From Ignavibacteriota bacterium (GTDB taxonomy: Bacteria; Bacteroidota; Ignavibacteria; Palsa-1295): a stretch of 64,000 nucleotides of DNA. Location of the stretch: NCBI GenBank assembly GCA_963787835.1, contig CAWBEI010000004.1, positions 64,001 to 128,000 of the forward strand, read 5' to 3'. Positions 38,160 through 48,098 of this stretch are shown here, piece after piece (position 1 is the first letter of the stretch; the number at the start of each line of letters is the position of its first letter). The position numbers and the translations under genes were made by a program. Below the pieces are notes generated by a model that worked only from the letters and a program-made list of their open reading frames with translations, had not been told where the DNA came from and made no database searches.

Positions 38160-39923
38160 ATGAAAAAAATTATTATGTTCGCCATTCTGATGCTCCTGCC
38201 GCTCTGCGGCAGGGCGCAATGGCATTTGCTGCGTGATTTCGATAGTTACCTGCCTGCTGATATCCGGTCGAATGTTCAGCTAACTTCAATTTATTTCCTC
38301 GATCTCCCAGGGCCGCCCCGCATTGGATTCGTAGGCATGGATCACAACAATGTCGATAGTAATCAAGTATGGAAAACTACCGATGGCGGATGGACGTGGT
38401 ATTCGGTGAAAGCGCCGTATCACCCGGATCCTGTTTTTATAGGTTTGAATGCCGATGATTTTGCCTTCAAAGATAGCTCCACTGGCTGGCTCGCTAACTT
38501 TTGGGCGTGGGGAGGATGCGATGTGACGACGGACGCGGGAGAAACATGGACGACAGTTCCTATGCCGAATCCATCGAACCCCTGTTATCTCCTCTATTAT
38601 CATCATGCAACCAACCGCCTTTTTGCGGCCTTAGAAGCTGATAACTGGAGCCTCGTTTCGACTGACGAAGGAACTACCTGGCAAAGCATGAATTTATACT
38701 TTGTTGGGATTTCCTTCTCTGACGATTCAACAGGGATACTTCTGGGCGGGGCTTATTCTCTTGCTCCCCCAACAATTTACTATACAACTAATGGGGGAGT
38801 AACCTGGACACTCTCAAGCAGTTCTGTTCCCCCCGGCTGCGTTCATCCCCTTGCAATCAAAGGAACGAAAACATTCTTTATTGAAGATGTTGGCTGTGCT
38901 GTTTCCCGAAGTGACGACGGCGGACAGACGTGGCGCGAATTATCGATTGTTCCGTCACTCCATATTACTCTTGGAGAGGGAACAGGCGTGCTATTTGGGA
39001 ATTTACAAAACATTTACACCCAAACAGACGCTGGAATTTTTGTTTCGAAGGATTCAGGAATAACGTGGCAGAGTCTGTGCGGTCCCGGTAACAGTTTGGA
39101 CGGAGGCGAATTCACCAAATCTTTTTATGAACGGGATGGGCGCATATATGCTGGGGAATTTAATGATATTACACAAGGAAGGCTTTGGTATTTAAATACC
39201 GACTCTCTCAATATCTTTTCCTCCTCGCTTCACCTTACGCAAAGCACGTCGAGCGTAAGCAGTCTAAGCGTTCTCTTCCATCCACAAATAGATTCCACGG
39301 TTAGAGTCGATACGGCGCATTTTGCTATTCGGTATGATACCTCGCTTCTACTCAAATCGCTTCAGCTCCCAGCGGGTTGGAATATTCTCGATTCGAGTTT
39401 GAGTGGCAATACTATAAACATCACCATTTTTGATACCTTGAGCGAAGTCACTACACCATCTGTCACGTTGAATTTTGAACCGATCATAACGCCAACGAAA
39501 ACCTCCGGCATGATCTGGCTCGATTCAGCCAACCTTTCAGGCAAATGGATGAGCTGTGATATTTTGGCTCAATCCACATCTGCGCCAGATTCCGTTCAAA
39601 TCAATTTTAACGCCTGCGGGGATTCTCTTCTCCTTGCAGCGATGAGTGGCAAGCCGCTGTTCACGATCGAGAGCATTCAGCCGAATCCGGCGCAGGATGA
39701 GATCACGGTTCAGCTATCGGGGAATGTTCAGCCGGTTATCGAGATGTATGATGCGTTGGGCAGGGGGATGGATCCTTCGACAAGCTCAGGACAGGCTCCG
39801 CGCAGCACGTCCCTACGGAGTGGTATTTCGCTCGATGTTTCGGGTGTGCCATCGGGCATCTATTTTGTTCGGGTGTCGGCGGGAGGGTATGTGGAATCGC
39901 GGAGTGTAGTGGTGGAGCATTAA
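38160..39923 (+). CDS. BNR/Asp-box beta-propeller protein with a cohesin-like segment and T9SS sorting domain
   Basis: TTDGGWTW and SDDGGQTW boxes; C-terminal PNPAQDEI...YDALG...PSGIYFVRV. Confidence 0.85.
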   Translation: MKKIIMFAILMLLPLCGRAQWHLLRDFDSYLPADIRSNVQLTSIYFLDLPGPPRIGFVGMDHNNVDSNQVWKTTDGGWTWYSVKAPYHPDPVFIGLNADDFAFKDSSTGWLANFWAWGGCDVTTDAGETWTTVPMPNPSNPCYLLYYHHATNRLFAALEADNWSLVSTDEGTTWQSMNLYFVGISFSDDSTGILLGGAYSLAPPTIYYTTNGGVTWTLSSSSVPPGCVHPLAIKGTKTFFIEDVGCAVSRSDDGGQTWRELSIVPSLHITLGEGTGVLFGNLQNIYTQTDAGIFVSKDSGITWQSLCGPGNSLDGGEFTKSFYERDGRIYAGEFNDITQGRLWYLNTDSLNIFSSSLHLTQSTSSVSSLSVLFHPQIDSTVRVDTAHFAIRYDTSLLLKSLQLPAGWNILDSSLSGNTINITIFDTLSEVTTPSVTLNFEPIITPTKTSGMIWLDSANLSGKWMSCDILAQSTSAPDSVQINFNACGDSLLLAAMSGKPLFTIESIQPNPAQDEITVQLSGNVQPVIEMYDALGRGMDPSTSSGQAPRSTSLRSGISLDVSGVPSGIYFVRVSAGGYVESRSVVVEH

Positions 39924-40017
39924 TTGTCAGAAGCGGGATGACGCGGATTTCGATCTTGGATATTTGAGGATCAGAATGAGCGGATTATCGGCTGGGAACG
40001 GAAGTTCCCGCGTTGCT

Positions 40018-40193
40018 TCCGAACACAAAGTATATAAAATGTGGCGCTGCCTTTGGGAAAGCTTCGAAAATGGCATGTAATCGAGGGTACGGCAATGAAA
40101 AAGTGCAGCGGAACTCAGCTCCGGACACAAAGTATATAAAATTGAGAATGCTTTTCACGGAGAATTAAAATTTGTGGAGAAAAGTGTTGATAA
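40018..40193. promoter_or_regulatory. 23-bp direct repeat pair (40018-40040, 40120-40142) plus two DnaA-box-like 9-mers (40173-40181, 40185-40193)
   Basis: TCCG[A/G]ACACAAAGTATATAAAAT occurs twice. TGTGGAGAA and TGTTGATAA each differ at one position from TGTGGATAA. Confidence 0.45.
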
Positions 40194-40417
40194 GTGGAAT
40201 TTTTTCCAGATGAATGGGTTTCCATGAGGGATGCTAAGCGCGGCCTGCCCTTCCGCGTTGTGCTTTTTAAGCCGGAGTGTGCCAATCTCCGGCTGCTCTA
40301 TCACCAAATCATTATGTATTCCGGTTCATTCGGAAACAAAATGGAGCTTTTCCATCGTATTAAGGATTGTAGATTTTCTCACTCCTTAATCCATTCAAAA
40401 ATGAGAAAAAACACAGC

Positions 40418-42829
40418 ATGACTAAACTCAAAACACCCAATCACCCTCTGCCGGAACGTGTCGATAAGCGCAGGACGCTTTGGGTATTTGCGCTAATGCT
40501 AACGTTTGCATTTATTGCAGGCTGTGGCAGCACGCCAAATACCACTCGTGAAACCCCCACAGCACAGGCTCCGGCCCCCGTAAAAGCAGATCCGTTTGCA
40601 GTGCTCGACGAACAAGCCAAGACCGGCAACATCGACCCTCACGTATTTCAGGAGAGAGTCGATGCCGCCCGTCAGGAATGGCTTCGCGCGTTGGTAGCCC
40701 AGCAAAAAAATGAGAAAACGGAAGTCGTGAAGCACTTTGAAAGCGCGATCGATATTCTGAACCGGCTGATCACCTATCCGGGCATCGATTCGAATACGGA
40801 TTTTAAAGATGTATCGAAGAGCGTGATCGGCGATTACGAGAAATATATTGCTCGGATCGACTCGCTTCCGTCGAATGCTTCGATCTTCGCATTTCGTGAG
40901 AAATTCAATCAGGAAATGACGAAAATGGACATCAAGAATGTCCCGCTGCCACGGATCGATCTTTCGAAAACGCAGATCCCGCTTACGATCAATACGGATG
41001 TCGAGCAATCCATCGCGTATTTTACCGAGGGCAACGGCCGCCCGTTTATGGAAAAATGGCTCGCTCGGACCGGAAGATATTTTCCGATGATGAAGGAGAT
41101 CATGAAGGAAGAGAAAGTGCCGGAAGAGATCATCCATCTCGCGATGATGGAAAGCGGGCTGAATCCTGCGGCGGTCAGTTGGGCAAAGGCAGTCGGTATG
41201 TGGCAGTTTATCGACGAGACGGGGTCGATCTATGGATTGCACAGCAATTGGTGGTTCGATATGCGCCGCGATCCCGTTGCGGCTACTCGCGCTGCCGCTC
41301 GTTTCCTGCGCGATCTCGATAACCAGCTCGGCGATTGGCACTTAGCCTTGGCCGCCTACGATTGTGGCGCGAACCGAATCCTTCAGGCGGAGGCGCAGGC
41401 GAATTCCAAGAGCTATTGGGACATTCGTCCTTTCCTGCCCAAGGAAACTCAGCGATATGTACCGCTTTTTATCGCCACGACGCTCATTTCGATGGACCCC
41501 GTGCGATATGGCTTCAACAATATCGTCTATGAGCAGCCCTTAAAATTTGACACCGTTCATTTGAAGGAAGCCATCGATCTGAAAGCCGTTGCGAAAGCGG
41601 CAGGCGTCAGTGATCTTGAAGTGAAGGAGCTAAATCCGGAATTGCTTCAACCCTCAACTCCGCCACTTGAGCTTTGTTCTCCAGATGGATATTGTTTGCG
41701 GCTGCCGGCTGGTGCAAGCCCGAGTTTTTATGAGCGGCTTGCTGCGATCCCACCCTCAGAGCGCCGACCCTGGCTGGTGCATACCGTTGCCAGAGGCGAG
41801 ACGATGCGCTCGATCGCGAAGCTATATGGCATTGGTACAGACCAACTCGCCGAGTACAATGATATGAGCGCAGGCGAGCACGTCAAGCGTGGAGAGCATC
41901 TGCGCGTACCCATGACCGTCATGGCGCCACAAACCGGTTCTTCTGAAGAAACAGCTTCTGCGCAGCAGGCCGGTTCTGACGATAGCGCACAACCCGGCGT
42001 TACACCCAAGCGTGTACCCATTGAGCAGGCCGCAACTGCCGGTGACTCCAAGCTTCGCCTTATTAAGCATAGAGTGCGCCATGGCGAAACACTCAACAGT
42101 ATCGCGATGGCGAACAGAGTCTCTGTATCGTCGCTCCGAAAATGGAACGACCTTTCGCGCCATGCAAACCTCCACAAGGGCGAAATGCTGAAAATTTACG
42201 AGACGAATATAGCTTCCGCAGTCAAACCAGGTTCGAAAAATGCTCAACTAGCTGCATCGAATAAAAAGTCAAAGCAAACGACGAAATGGGTGACGTATCA
42301 TGTCCGCCGCGGCGATACAATGGGCAAGATCGCAGATAATTTTGGAGTATCACTTAGCGAACTTCGAGCATGGAATCCCGGTGTCCGCAGAACGGTGCGT
42401 CAGGGACAAGCACTACGGGTCCATACGACGATAGATAATGCTGTTGACAATGCCAATATGGCTCAGTCGAACAAGCCAGCCGGTTCACCGACCTACCATA
42501 CTGTCCTTCCCGGTGAAACCCTGACTGCCATAGCGCACAAATTCGGCACAACACCAAACGATCTTTCCGACTGGAATGACGGACTTCAGGCCGACAATCT
42601 CCAGGCTGGCACAAAGATCAAGGTCTATGTACCAAATATTACCCCATCCCAGGGGGATCGCGTGCTTTCTCAGCATACGGCTAATCATCCGCTGACCTAT
42701 CGCGTGAAGCCTGGCGATACGCTTACGACCATTGCAGATGAATTTGGTGTGGGTGTCCGGGAGATCAAGCGCGTGAATCATCTCCACAGCTCACTGCTGA
42801 TCGCGGGTTTACGGCTGCGAATTCCCTGA
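40418..42829 (+). CDS. MltD-like lytic transglycosylase lipoprotein with five LysM domains
   Basis: Lipobox IAGC, SLT motifs (MESGLNP, GMWQFI, LAAYD.G, ETQRYVP) and repeated H.V..GETL..IA. Confidence 0.93.
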   Translation: MTKLKTPNHPLPERVDKRRTLWVFALMLTFAFIAGCGSTPNTTRETPTAQAPAPVKADPFAVLDEQAKTGNIDPHVFQERVDAARQEWLRALVAQQKNEKTEVVKHFESAIDILNRLITYPGIDSNTDFKDVSKSVIGDYEKYIARIDSLPSNASIFAFREKFNQEMTKMDIKNVPLPRIDLSKTQIPLTINTDVEQSIAYFTEGNGRPFMEKWLARTGRYFPMMKEIMKEEKVPEEIIHLAMMESGLNPAAVSWAKAVGMWQFIDETGSIYGLHSNWWFDMRRDPVAATRAAARFLRDLDNQLGDWHLALAAYDCGANRILQAEAQANSKSYWDIRPFLPKETQRYVPLFIATTLISMDPVRYGFNNIVYEQPLKFDTVHLKEAIDLKAVAKAAGVSDLEVKELNPELLQPSTPPLELCSPDGYCLRLPAGASPSFYERLAAIPPSERRPWLVHTVARGETMRSIAKLYGIGTDQLAEYNDMSAGEHVKRGEHLRVPMTVMAPQTGSSEETASAQQAGSDDSAQPGVTPKRVPIEQAATAGDSKLRLIKHRVRHGETLNSIAMANRVSVSSLRKWNDLSRHANLHKGEMLKIYETNIASAVKPGSKNAQLAASNKKSKQTTKWVTYHVRRGDTMGKIADNFGVSLSELRAWNPGVRRTVRQGQALRVHTTIDNAVDNANMAQSNKPAGSPTYHTVLPGETLTAIAHKFGTTPNDLSDWNDGLQADNLQAGTKIKVYVPNITPSQGDRVLSQHTANHPLTYRVKPGDTLTTIADEFGVGVREIKRVNHLHSSLLIAGLRLRIP

Positions 42830-42875
42830 TAGTAACCCCTATTTACAAGGCCGACCGAAAATGATGAGACAGGAG

Positions 42876-42904
42876 GGGAACCAGACGAGCTGGTTTCCCA
42901 TTTT
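42876..42904 (+). terminator. Possible intrinsic terminator after the transglycosylase gene
   Basis: GGGAACCAG-acgag-CTGGTTTCCC followed by ATTTT. Confidence 0.35.
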
Positions 42905-42936
42905 CCCGTCGCATTTTCAATACGCATCTAGAGCAG

Positions 42937-43009
42937 GCCGGCGTAGCTCAGTTGGTAGAGCAGCTGATTTGTAATCAGCAGGTCGTCGGTTCAAGTCCGT
43001 CCGCCGGCT
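42937..43009 (+). tRNA. tRNA-Thr(TGT)
   Basis: GCCGGCG acceptor stem, GCTGA-TTTGTAA-TCAGC anticodon arm and GTTCAA T-loop; CCA not encoded. Confidence 0.96.
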
Positions 43010-43016
43010 CTTTTGA

Positions 43017-43090
43017 CAATTAAGAATTAAGAATTAAGAATTAAAAGTGACGAATTCAACTTTTAATTCTTAATTCTTAATTCTTAATTG
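43017..43090. repeat. Inverted heptamer-repeat hairpin (AAGAATT)n...(AATTCTT)n; second copy at 43186-43279
   Basis: Near-perfect long inverted repeats in both tRNA spacers. Confidence 0.88.
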
Positions 43091-43095
43091 TCCTC

Positions 43096-43178
43096 GGGCA
43101 GATACTCAAGTGGCCAACGAGGACAGACTGTAAATCTGTTGACGATAGTCTACGAAGGTTCGAATCCTTCTCTGCCCA
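43096..43178 (+). tRNA. tRNA-Tyr(GTA)
   Basis: GGGCAGA acceptor stem, ACAGA-CTGTAAA-TCTGT anticodon arm, long variable arm and GGTTCGAATCC. Confidence 0.96.
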
Positions 43179-43286
43179 CTTATTCAATTAATAATGAAGA
43201 ATTGAGAATTAAGAATTACGGAATCGGGTTTTGGGCCCTGAGTTCAATTCTTAATTCTTAACTATTAATTCTTAATTGAACCGCCG

Positions 43287-43359
43287 GCTCACGTAGCTCA
43301 GTTGGTAGAGCACATCCTTGGTAAGGATGAGGTCACCGGTTCAATCCCGGTCGTGAGCT
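43287..43359 (+). tRNA. tRNA-Thr(GGT)
   Basis: GCTCACG acceptor stem, CATCC-TTGGTAA-GGATG anticodon arm and GGTTCAATCC. Confidence 0.96.
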
Positions 43360-43493
43360 CAGCAGACGGATATTAACGGACTGGTGTTCTATTATTGTCC
43401 AGAGCTTCTCGGCATTTTTGAGTTGACACATTGTTCTTAATGGATACTCTTTTTCCCAAATCCTGTAAATCCATTATAATCCGATAAATCCGA

Positions 43494-45602
43494 GTGATAT
43501 TTCTCGGCCTCCACATTCTCGATTGGGCGATCATCGCACTCTACCTCGTTGCGCTGATCCTGATCGGCCGGTGGACGCAGCGGCGCGCCAGCCGATCGAC
43601 GAAGGATTTTTTTCAGGCCAATCGCAGCTTCGGCCGAGGAATTATGGGATTCCTGAATTTCGGCAATATGGTCTCAGCCGATCAGGCTGCTGGTGTAACA
43701 CGCGAGATCTACCGTCAGGGGTTGCAAGGAGTATGGTTCCAGAATCTCGTTCTGTTCATCACTCCATTTTATTGGTTCACATCGGTGCTGCAACGCCGTG
43801 CGCGTTACATCGGCCCTGGTGATATTTATGAACATCGATTCGAATCGAAATTTCTCGGAGGGCTTTTTGCTGTTTATCTTCTGCTTGCCTCGATCTATGG
43901 TTCCTCGATCGGGTATCTCATTACCGGTAAAACATTACAAGCTGTGATGTTAAAGCCGCCAGCAGCTTACACGATGCAAGAAAAACAAAGCGTAGCCCAG
44001 TTTCAGGAAATGCGCGCGATGGATATTGCTGCACAAAATGGAACACTCTCTGATTCTCTCAAACCGCGACTTTCGCTTTTGCATGAGAAAGAGCACACAG
44101 GACAAATTTCTGGGACGATCTCCTATCTCGACCTCGTAACGTTTTATTTGATCTATGGATGCGTGACGGCTGCGTATGTCATCATGGGAGGACTGTTCGC
44201 CGCTGCGTTTACCGATGTGATGCAGGGAATTATGATCATTTTCCTTTCTACAATTTTGATTCCAGTCGGTCTGACGAAGCTTGGCGGATTTTCCGGCCTT
44301 CATGCGCGCGTTGCAGACGATATGTTCCATTTGTTCGGTAGCGGCGCTGGTAGTGAATACACGTGGTGGTTCGTCGCGACAATGGTGCTGGTAAATCTGA
44401 TCGGTCTAGCACCTCGAAGCTTTACGCTGGGTGGTGCTGCAAAGGACGATAATTCTGCTCGCGTGGGAATGATAACAGGAGCATTCGTCAAGCGACTGGT
44501 GATGGTTGGGTGGGCACTCACGGGACTCATTGCCGTCGCACTGTATTCTGGCAAGCTTTCGGATGCTACCTATATCTGGGGAACGATGACACAGGATCTT
44601 CTCGGAGTTGGGTTTGTAGGTCTAATGATCGCAAGTGTGCTTGCGGCGAATATGGCATCGAAAGCATCTTCAAGTCTTGAATGGTCTGCGGCGTTCACTA
44701 AGAATATACTGGTGCCATTGCGTCCAAACACATCTGAAAAAACGCAGATTTTGGTCGGGCGCATTGTGATATTCATTGTCCTTATTGCAGGTATAGGATT
44801 TGCCTACATGGTCGATGATATTTTCGTCGTCTTTAAGTATGTGCTTTCGATTGGAACCATCATTGGCCCGTCGATCTGGCTGGTGTATTTCTGGCGACGG
44901 CTCACGACAAAAGCAGTGATCGTTCAAATGCTGCTTTCAATAATGGTTACGGTGGTCGTCCCGAACATCATCCCGCTTATCCCGTCGATTACGTCCACGC
45001 CGTCCATGACCATTATGACGCATGCCCGGGAACAGCATGAAACAACGAAAGCGAAACAAGACGATGTAAAAAGTGGAGCTGCACTTTACATTGGTGAATC
45101 AATTACGAAAGTTGAGCGAGAAGAACCCGTCGGAGTTTATTTTGAGAACATCGTTCATACCGATCCGTCCGACCCACATTCACAATTGCGGGGAAGTGGC
45201 ATGTTCCGATTTCAACTATGGCTCGTTGGGCTGACTGGAATTGATCTAACCGCCTTTTCTAAGGCAGGTCTTTCAGCACTTTCCTTTCTTTTCGATATTA
45301 TTTTTCCATTCCTGGTTCTATTTGTTGTAAGTTTATTCACAAAGCCCAATAGCGAACTGGTTTTGAGAGAATTTTATGCTCGAGTGCATACTCCGGCTGT
45401 TGCAGATCAAGAGAAAGATGCTATCGAAGTGAAAAAGCGCGTTGAAGATCCTTCGCTTGTCGAACAGGATAAGATGTTTCCTGGCACCAATTGGGAATTT
45501 TGGAAGCTTACGAAGAAAGATATGATGGGCTTCGGGCTATGCTGGCTTGGCGTAGGAGCGATAGTCTTACTATATATCGTTCTTACACAATTAGGATCAT
45601 AA
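43494..45602 (+). CDS. Sodium:solute symporter family protein
   Basis: LDWAIIALY...DFF.A.R, multiple TM helices, GGL.A...TDV.QG and GLM.A..LAA.M. Confidence 0.9.
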   Translation: MIFLGLHILDWAIIALYLVALILIGRWTQRRASRSTKDFFQANRSFGRGIMGFLNFGNMVSADQAAGVTREIYRQGLQGVWFQNLVLFITPFYWFTSVLQRRARYIGPGDIYEHRFESKFLGGLFAVYLLLASIYGSSIGYLITGKTLQAVMLKPPAAYTMQEKQSVAQFQEMRAMDIAAQNGTLSDSLKPRLSLLHEKEHTGQISGTISYLDLVTFYLIYGCVTAAYVIMGGLFAAAFTDVMQGIMIIFLSTILIPVGLTKLGGFSGLHARVADDMFHLFGSGAGSEYTWWFVATMVLVNLIGLAPRSFTLGGAAKDDNSARVGMITGAFVKRLVMVGWALTGLIAVALYSGKLSDATYIWGTMTQDLLGVGFVGLMIASVLAANMASKASSSLEWSAAFTKNILVPLRPNTSEKTQILVGRIVIFIVLIAGIGFAYMVDDIFVVFKYVLSIGTIIGPSIWLVYFWRRLTTKAVIVQMLLSIMVTVVVPNIIPLIPSITSTPSMTIMTHAREQHETTKAKQDDVKSGAALYIGESITKVEREEPVGVYFENIVHTDPSDPHSQLRGSGMFRFQLWLVGLTGIDLTAFSKAGLSALSFLFDIIFPFLVLFVVSLFTKPNSELVLREFYARVHTPAVADQEKDAIEVKKRVEDPSLVEQDKMFPGTNWEFWKLTKKDMMGFGLCWLGVGAIVLLYIVLTQLGS

Positions 45603-45603
45603 C

Positions 45604-47571
45604 ATGCCGCAATCACTTCATCCTGACTTCAAAACGACGCTTCCCGATACCGATTATTTTTTCCTCGGCTCTGGGCAAATTCAGGCGGCAATCCAATGGA
45701 GCCGCCATCCGGGAGCAACTCCACTTGGGTTAGTCCTTTCCGATCCTACTCATTTCGCGCGCAAGTGGTCTTCTCATCTGTTCCATCCAGAGTATGGTCT
45801 TGGTAAAACAATGCTTACACTTATTCTCGACGGTGAGCGGTATCAACCGGACGAGAATACCAAGGTTGTTTGGTTCCCGGGCGAGATTCCCGGTGTAACC
45901 GCACTGTGGCAAGCAAAAAATTCTTTCGTGATCGAGCGGTTCTGGACTTCCATCGACGAGCCGGTGTTGGTGCGAGAAATTACATTTGAATCCGAACGGC
46001 AACTTACCTCCGCCGAGGTGGAAATAGCGCTGTTTGGGAACCCCGCATTATGTTCAGAGTTTCTTGGGAGTAGTTATGGGCTTTCGGCAAGGGGGTATGA
46101 TGCTGTGCTTGTCAGCACACACGCTCCTGGCAAGTTCCACGAGCGGACGCTAACGGTGCCGCTCTATCAGGAAGGTAATGTGTATCGCATGGCCATCATG
46201 TACTCACTTGGGCCAGATATGCCAAGCGTAAGTCTCGGACAGCTCACGGAGAATGAAACGGACTATTGGCGAACCACTTGTTTGAGATGGACCGAGCCGC
46301 ATCCTCATCAACTACATCACGAGATCGAGCGATTGTTTACTTCTTCTGCGATGGGATTGCGCGCTGCTGTGGCCGATGATGGGCGCTTCGATGCAAGTAT
46401 CTGGCAATATGGCTATGAATGGTCCGGCGATGCCTCGAATGTCGCTGAGGCGCTGGTCTATTCCGGGCAATTCGAAGTAGCGCGGTGCGTGCTGGAAAAT
46501 ATTTTGACGAGGATGACAATTCCCGAAGGAATGGCGATGGAATCGAGCAGGTTCCGTGGTGGTCAGGATGCAGAGCTAAACAATAATGGCGAAATTTTGA
46601 AAGCCTGCAGAACCTATCTTGATTGGACAGGAGATCGGGAATTTATCGAAGTACATTATGATCGAATTGCCGCCATAGCAGATTATTTATTGAGACCGGA
46701 ATTTTTGCACGAGGAAACCGGAATGCTCGTAGCCTCTCGCGATATTTGGGAGCGAAATGCCGAGGTAGGTATTCTTCTTGGCTTCGATATTGCGCATCAA
46801 ACATTTGGCATCCTCGGGCTTCGTGATGCCGCCAATATCGCAAAAGCATTTTCCAGAATGGATGATGTGGAACGCTGGACTACCGCAGGAAAGAAAATGC
46901 GCCAATCGTTTCTCGAACATCCAACCCACTCGATGATCGAAAATAATCGCATTATCAAACGGCGATTGCTGGATGGTTCTATTCAAACTGAACTTTCCAT
47001 TGCAAATATCGACAAAGATTTTCAAAAGCAGTTCGTTCCAAATGGAATGCCGCTTGCAACGAGTGGGCCAAAGTCATGGGAACCTGACATCTCCGAATGT
47101 TTTCCTATTGCGCTCGGGGTTATCGATCCACGATCGGATGTTGCAAAAAATACGATCGAAGCAATGGATTTGCTTTGGTCGCAAGGGTGGGAGGATGGCG
47201 GATATGGAAGATACAATGTTCTATCCGAGCCCGATTCCCCAGGCCCGTGGCCGCTTGCGACCATGTATGTTGCTGCAGCATGTCTGGAAGCGGGAGACGT
47301 AGAGCGTGGGCAGCGTGCAATTAGTTGGCTCATCGAGAAGGCGGGAGCAGGTGGCAGTTGGTTCGAATTTTACGGCGATCGGCCAACACCGCCGCTGCCG
47401 CCGACGGGAATTCTTGTCTGGGCGTGGGCGCAGTGGATAACGCTTGTCGTAAAACATCTCTTGGGTGCTCAAGTCAAGGACGATCAATTAATTATTCGTC
47501 CTCGACTCGGCGGTTTTTCAGGCGAGCTTCGTTTTAGAGATTCGAGTGTTCCTCTACCGAACGGAATGTAA
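45604..47571 (+). CDS. Six-hairpin glycosidase-like protein (GH15/amylo-alpha-1,6-glucosidase-like)
   Basis: Y..EW.GD, E.NNNG, D.WE, GYGRY...GPWPLAT and W.E patterns of (alpha/alpha)6 glycoside hydrolases. Confidence 0.62.
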   Translation: MPQSLHPDFKTTLPDTDYFFLGSGQIQAAIQWSRHPGATPLGLVLSDPTHFARKWSSHLFHPEYGLGKTMLTLILDGERYQPDENTKVVWFPGEIPGVTALWQAKNSFVIERFWTSIDEPVLVREITFESERQLTSAEVEIALFGNPALCSEFLGSSYGLSARGYDAVLVSTHAPGKFHERTLTVPLYQEGNVYRMAIMYSLGPDMPSVSLGQLTENETDYWRTTCLRWTEPHPHQLHHEIERLFTSSAMGLRAAVADDGRFDASIWQYGYEWSGDASNVAEALVYSGQFEVARCVLENILTRMTIPEGMAMESSRFRGGQDAELNNNGEILKACRTYLDWTGDREFIEVHYDRIAAIADYLLRPEFLHEETGMLVASRDIWERNAEVGILLGFDIAHQTFGILGLRDAANIAKAFSRMDDVERWTTAGKKMRQSFLEHPTHSMIENNRIIKRRLLDGSIQTELSIANIDKDFQKQFVPNGMPLATSGPKSWEPDISECFPIALGVIDPRSDVAKNTIEAMDLLWSQGWEDGGYGRYNVLSEPDSPGPWPLATMYVAAACLEAGDVERGQRAISWLIEKAGAGGSWFEFYGDRPTPPLPPTGILVWAWAQWITLVVKHLLGAQVKDDQLIIRPRLGGFSGELRFRDSSVPLPNGM

Positions 47572-47576
47572 GTAAT

Positions 47577-48098
47577 ATGAAGGTCATCGTTATTTTTGTC
47601 ACAACGCTCGATGGAAAGATCACGAAGTGGGGCGATCTTCACGTGATGCGATGGTCCTCGCCCGAAGACCAGAAATACTTCCGAGCGATCTGGAACGATA
47701 GTCCGCTCATTATCATGGGAAGCAGCACGTTCGATTTCGATCCGATAAAACCCTCGCGGAAAAGTCTTCTTCATATCATGACGCGGAATCCCGAAAAATA
47801 TAAAATATACGAGGTTCCGGGAGAATTGGAGTTTTCGAGCGAAACGCCTAGGGAATTAGTGAAACGATTTGGATCGCAGTTCGAACAAATGCTCGTCGTT
47901 GGAGGGCCGCACGTTGCGACATCTTTTTTTAAGGATGGTCAGGTTGATGAGTTGTGGCTGACACTCGAACCTAAGATTTTCGGCGAGGGAGGGAATTTTG
48001 CGGTCGGAGCAGATCTTGACGTTGAGCTTTCCCTCATCAGTATGGAAAGAATGAACGACCGCGGGACATTGATTTTGAGATATCAAGTCATAAAATGA
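47577..48098 (+). CDS. Dihydrofolate reductase/RibD C-terminal domain protein
   Basis: TLDGKI, IMGSSTF and VVGG...F...VDELWLT.EP.IFG.G. Confidence 0.88.
   Translation: MKVIVIFVTTLDGKITKWGDLHVMRWSSPEDQKYFRAIWNDSPLIIMGSSTFDFDPIKPSRKSLLHIMTRNPEKYKIYEVPGELEFSSETPRELVKRFGSQFEQMLVVGGPHVATSFFKDGQVDELWLTLEPKIFGEGGNFAVGADLDVELSLISMERMNDRGTLILRYQVIK

Noticed and set aside
40499-41341. Long antisense ORFs (e.g. 280 aa here, 215 aa at 49477-50124, 200 aa at 53236-53838)
   Set aside because: They lie entirely opposite well-supported genes and show no recognisable motifs.
43010-43286. Possible CRISPR array or hidden tRNA-Gly in the tRNA spacers
   Set aside because: Only 7-bp tandem and inverted repeats are present; there is no cloverleaf or repeat-spacer periodicity.
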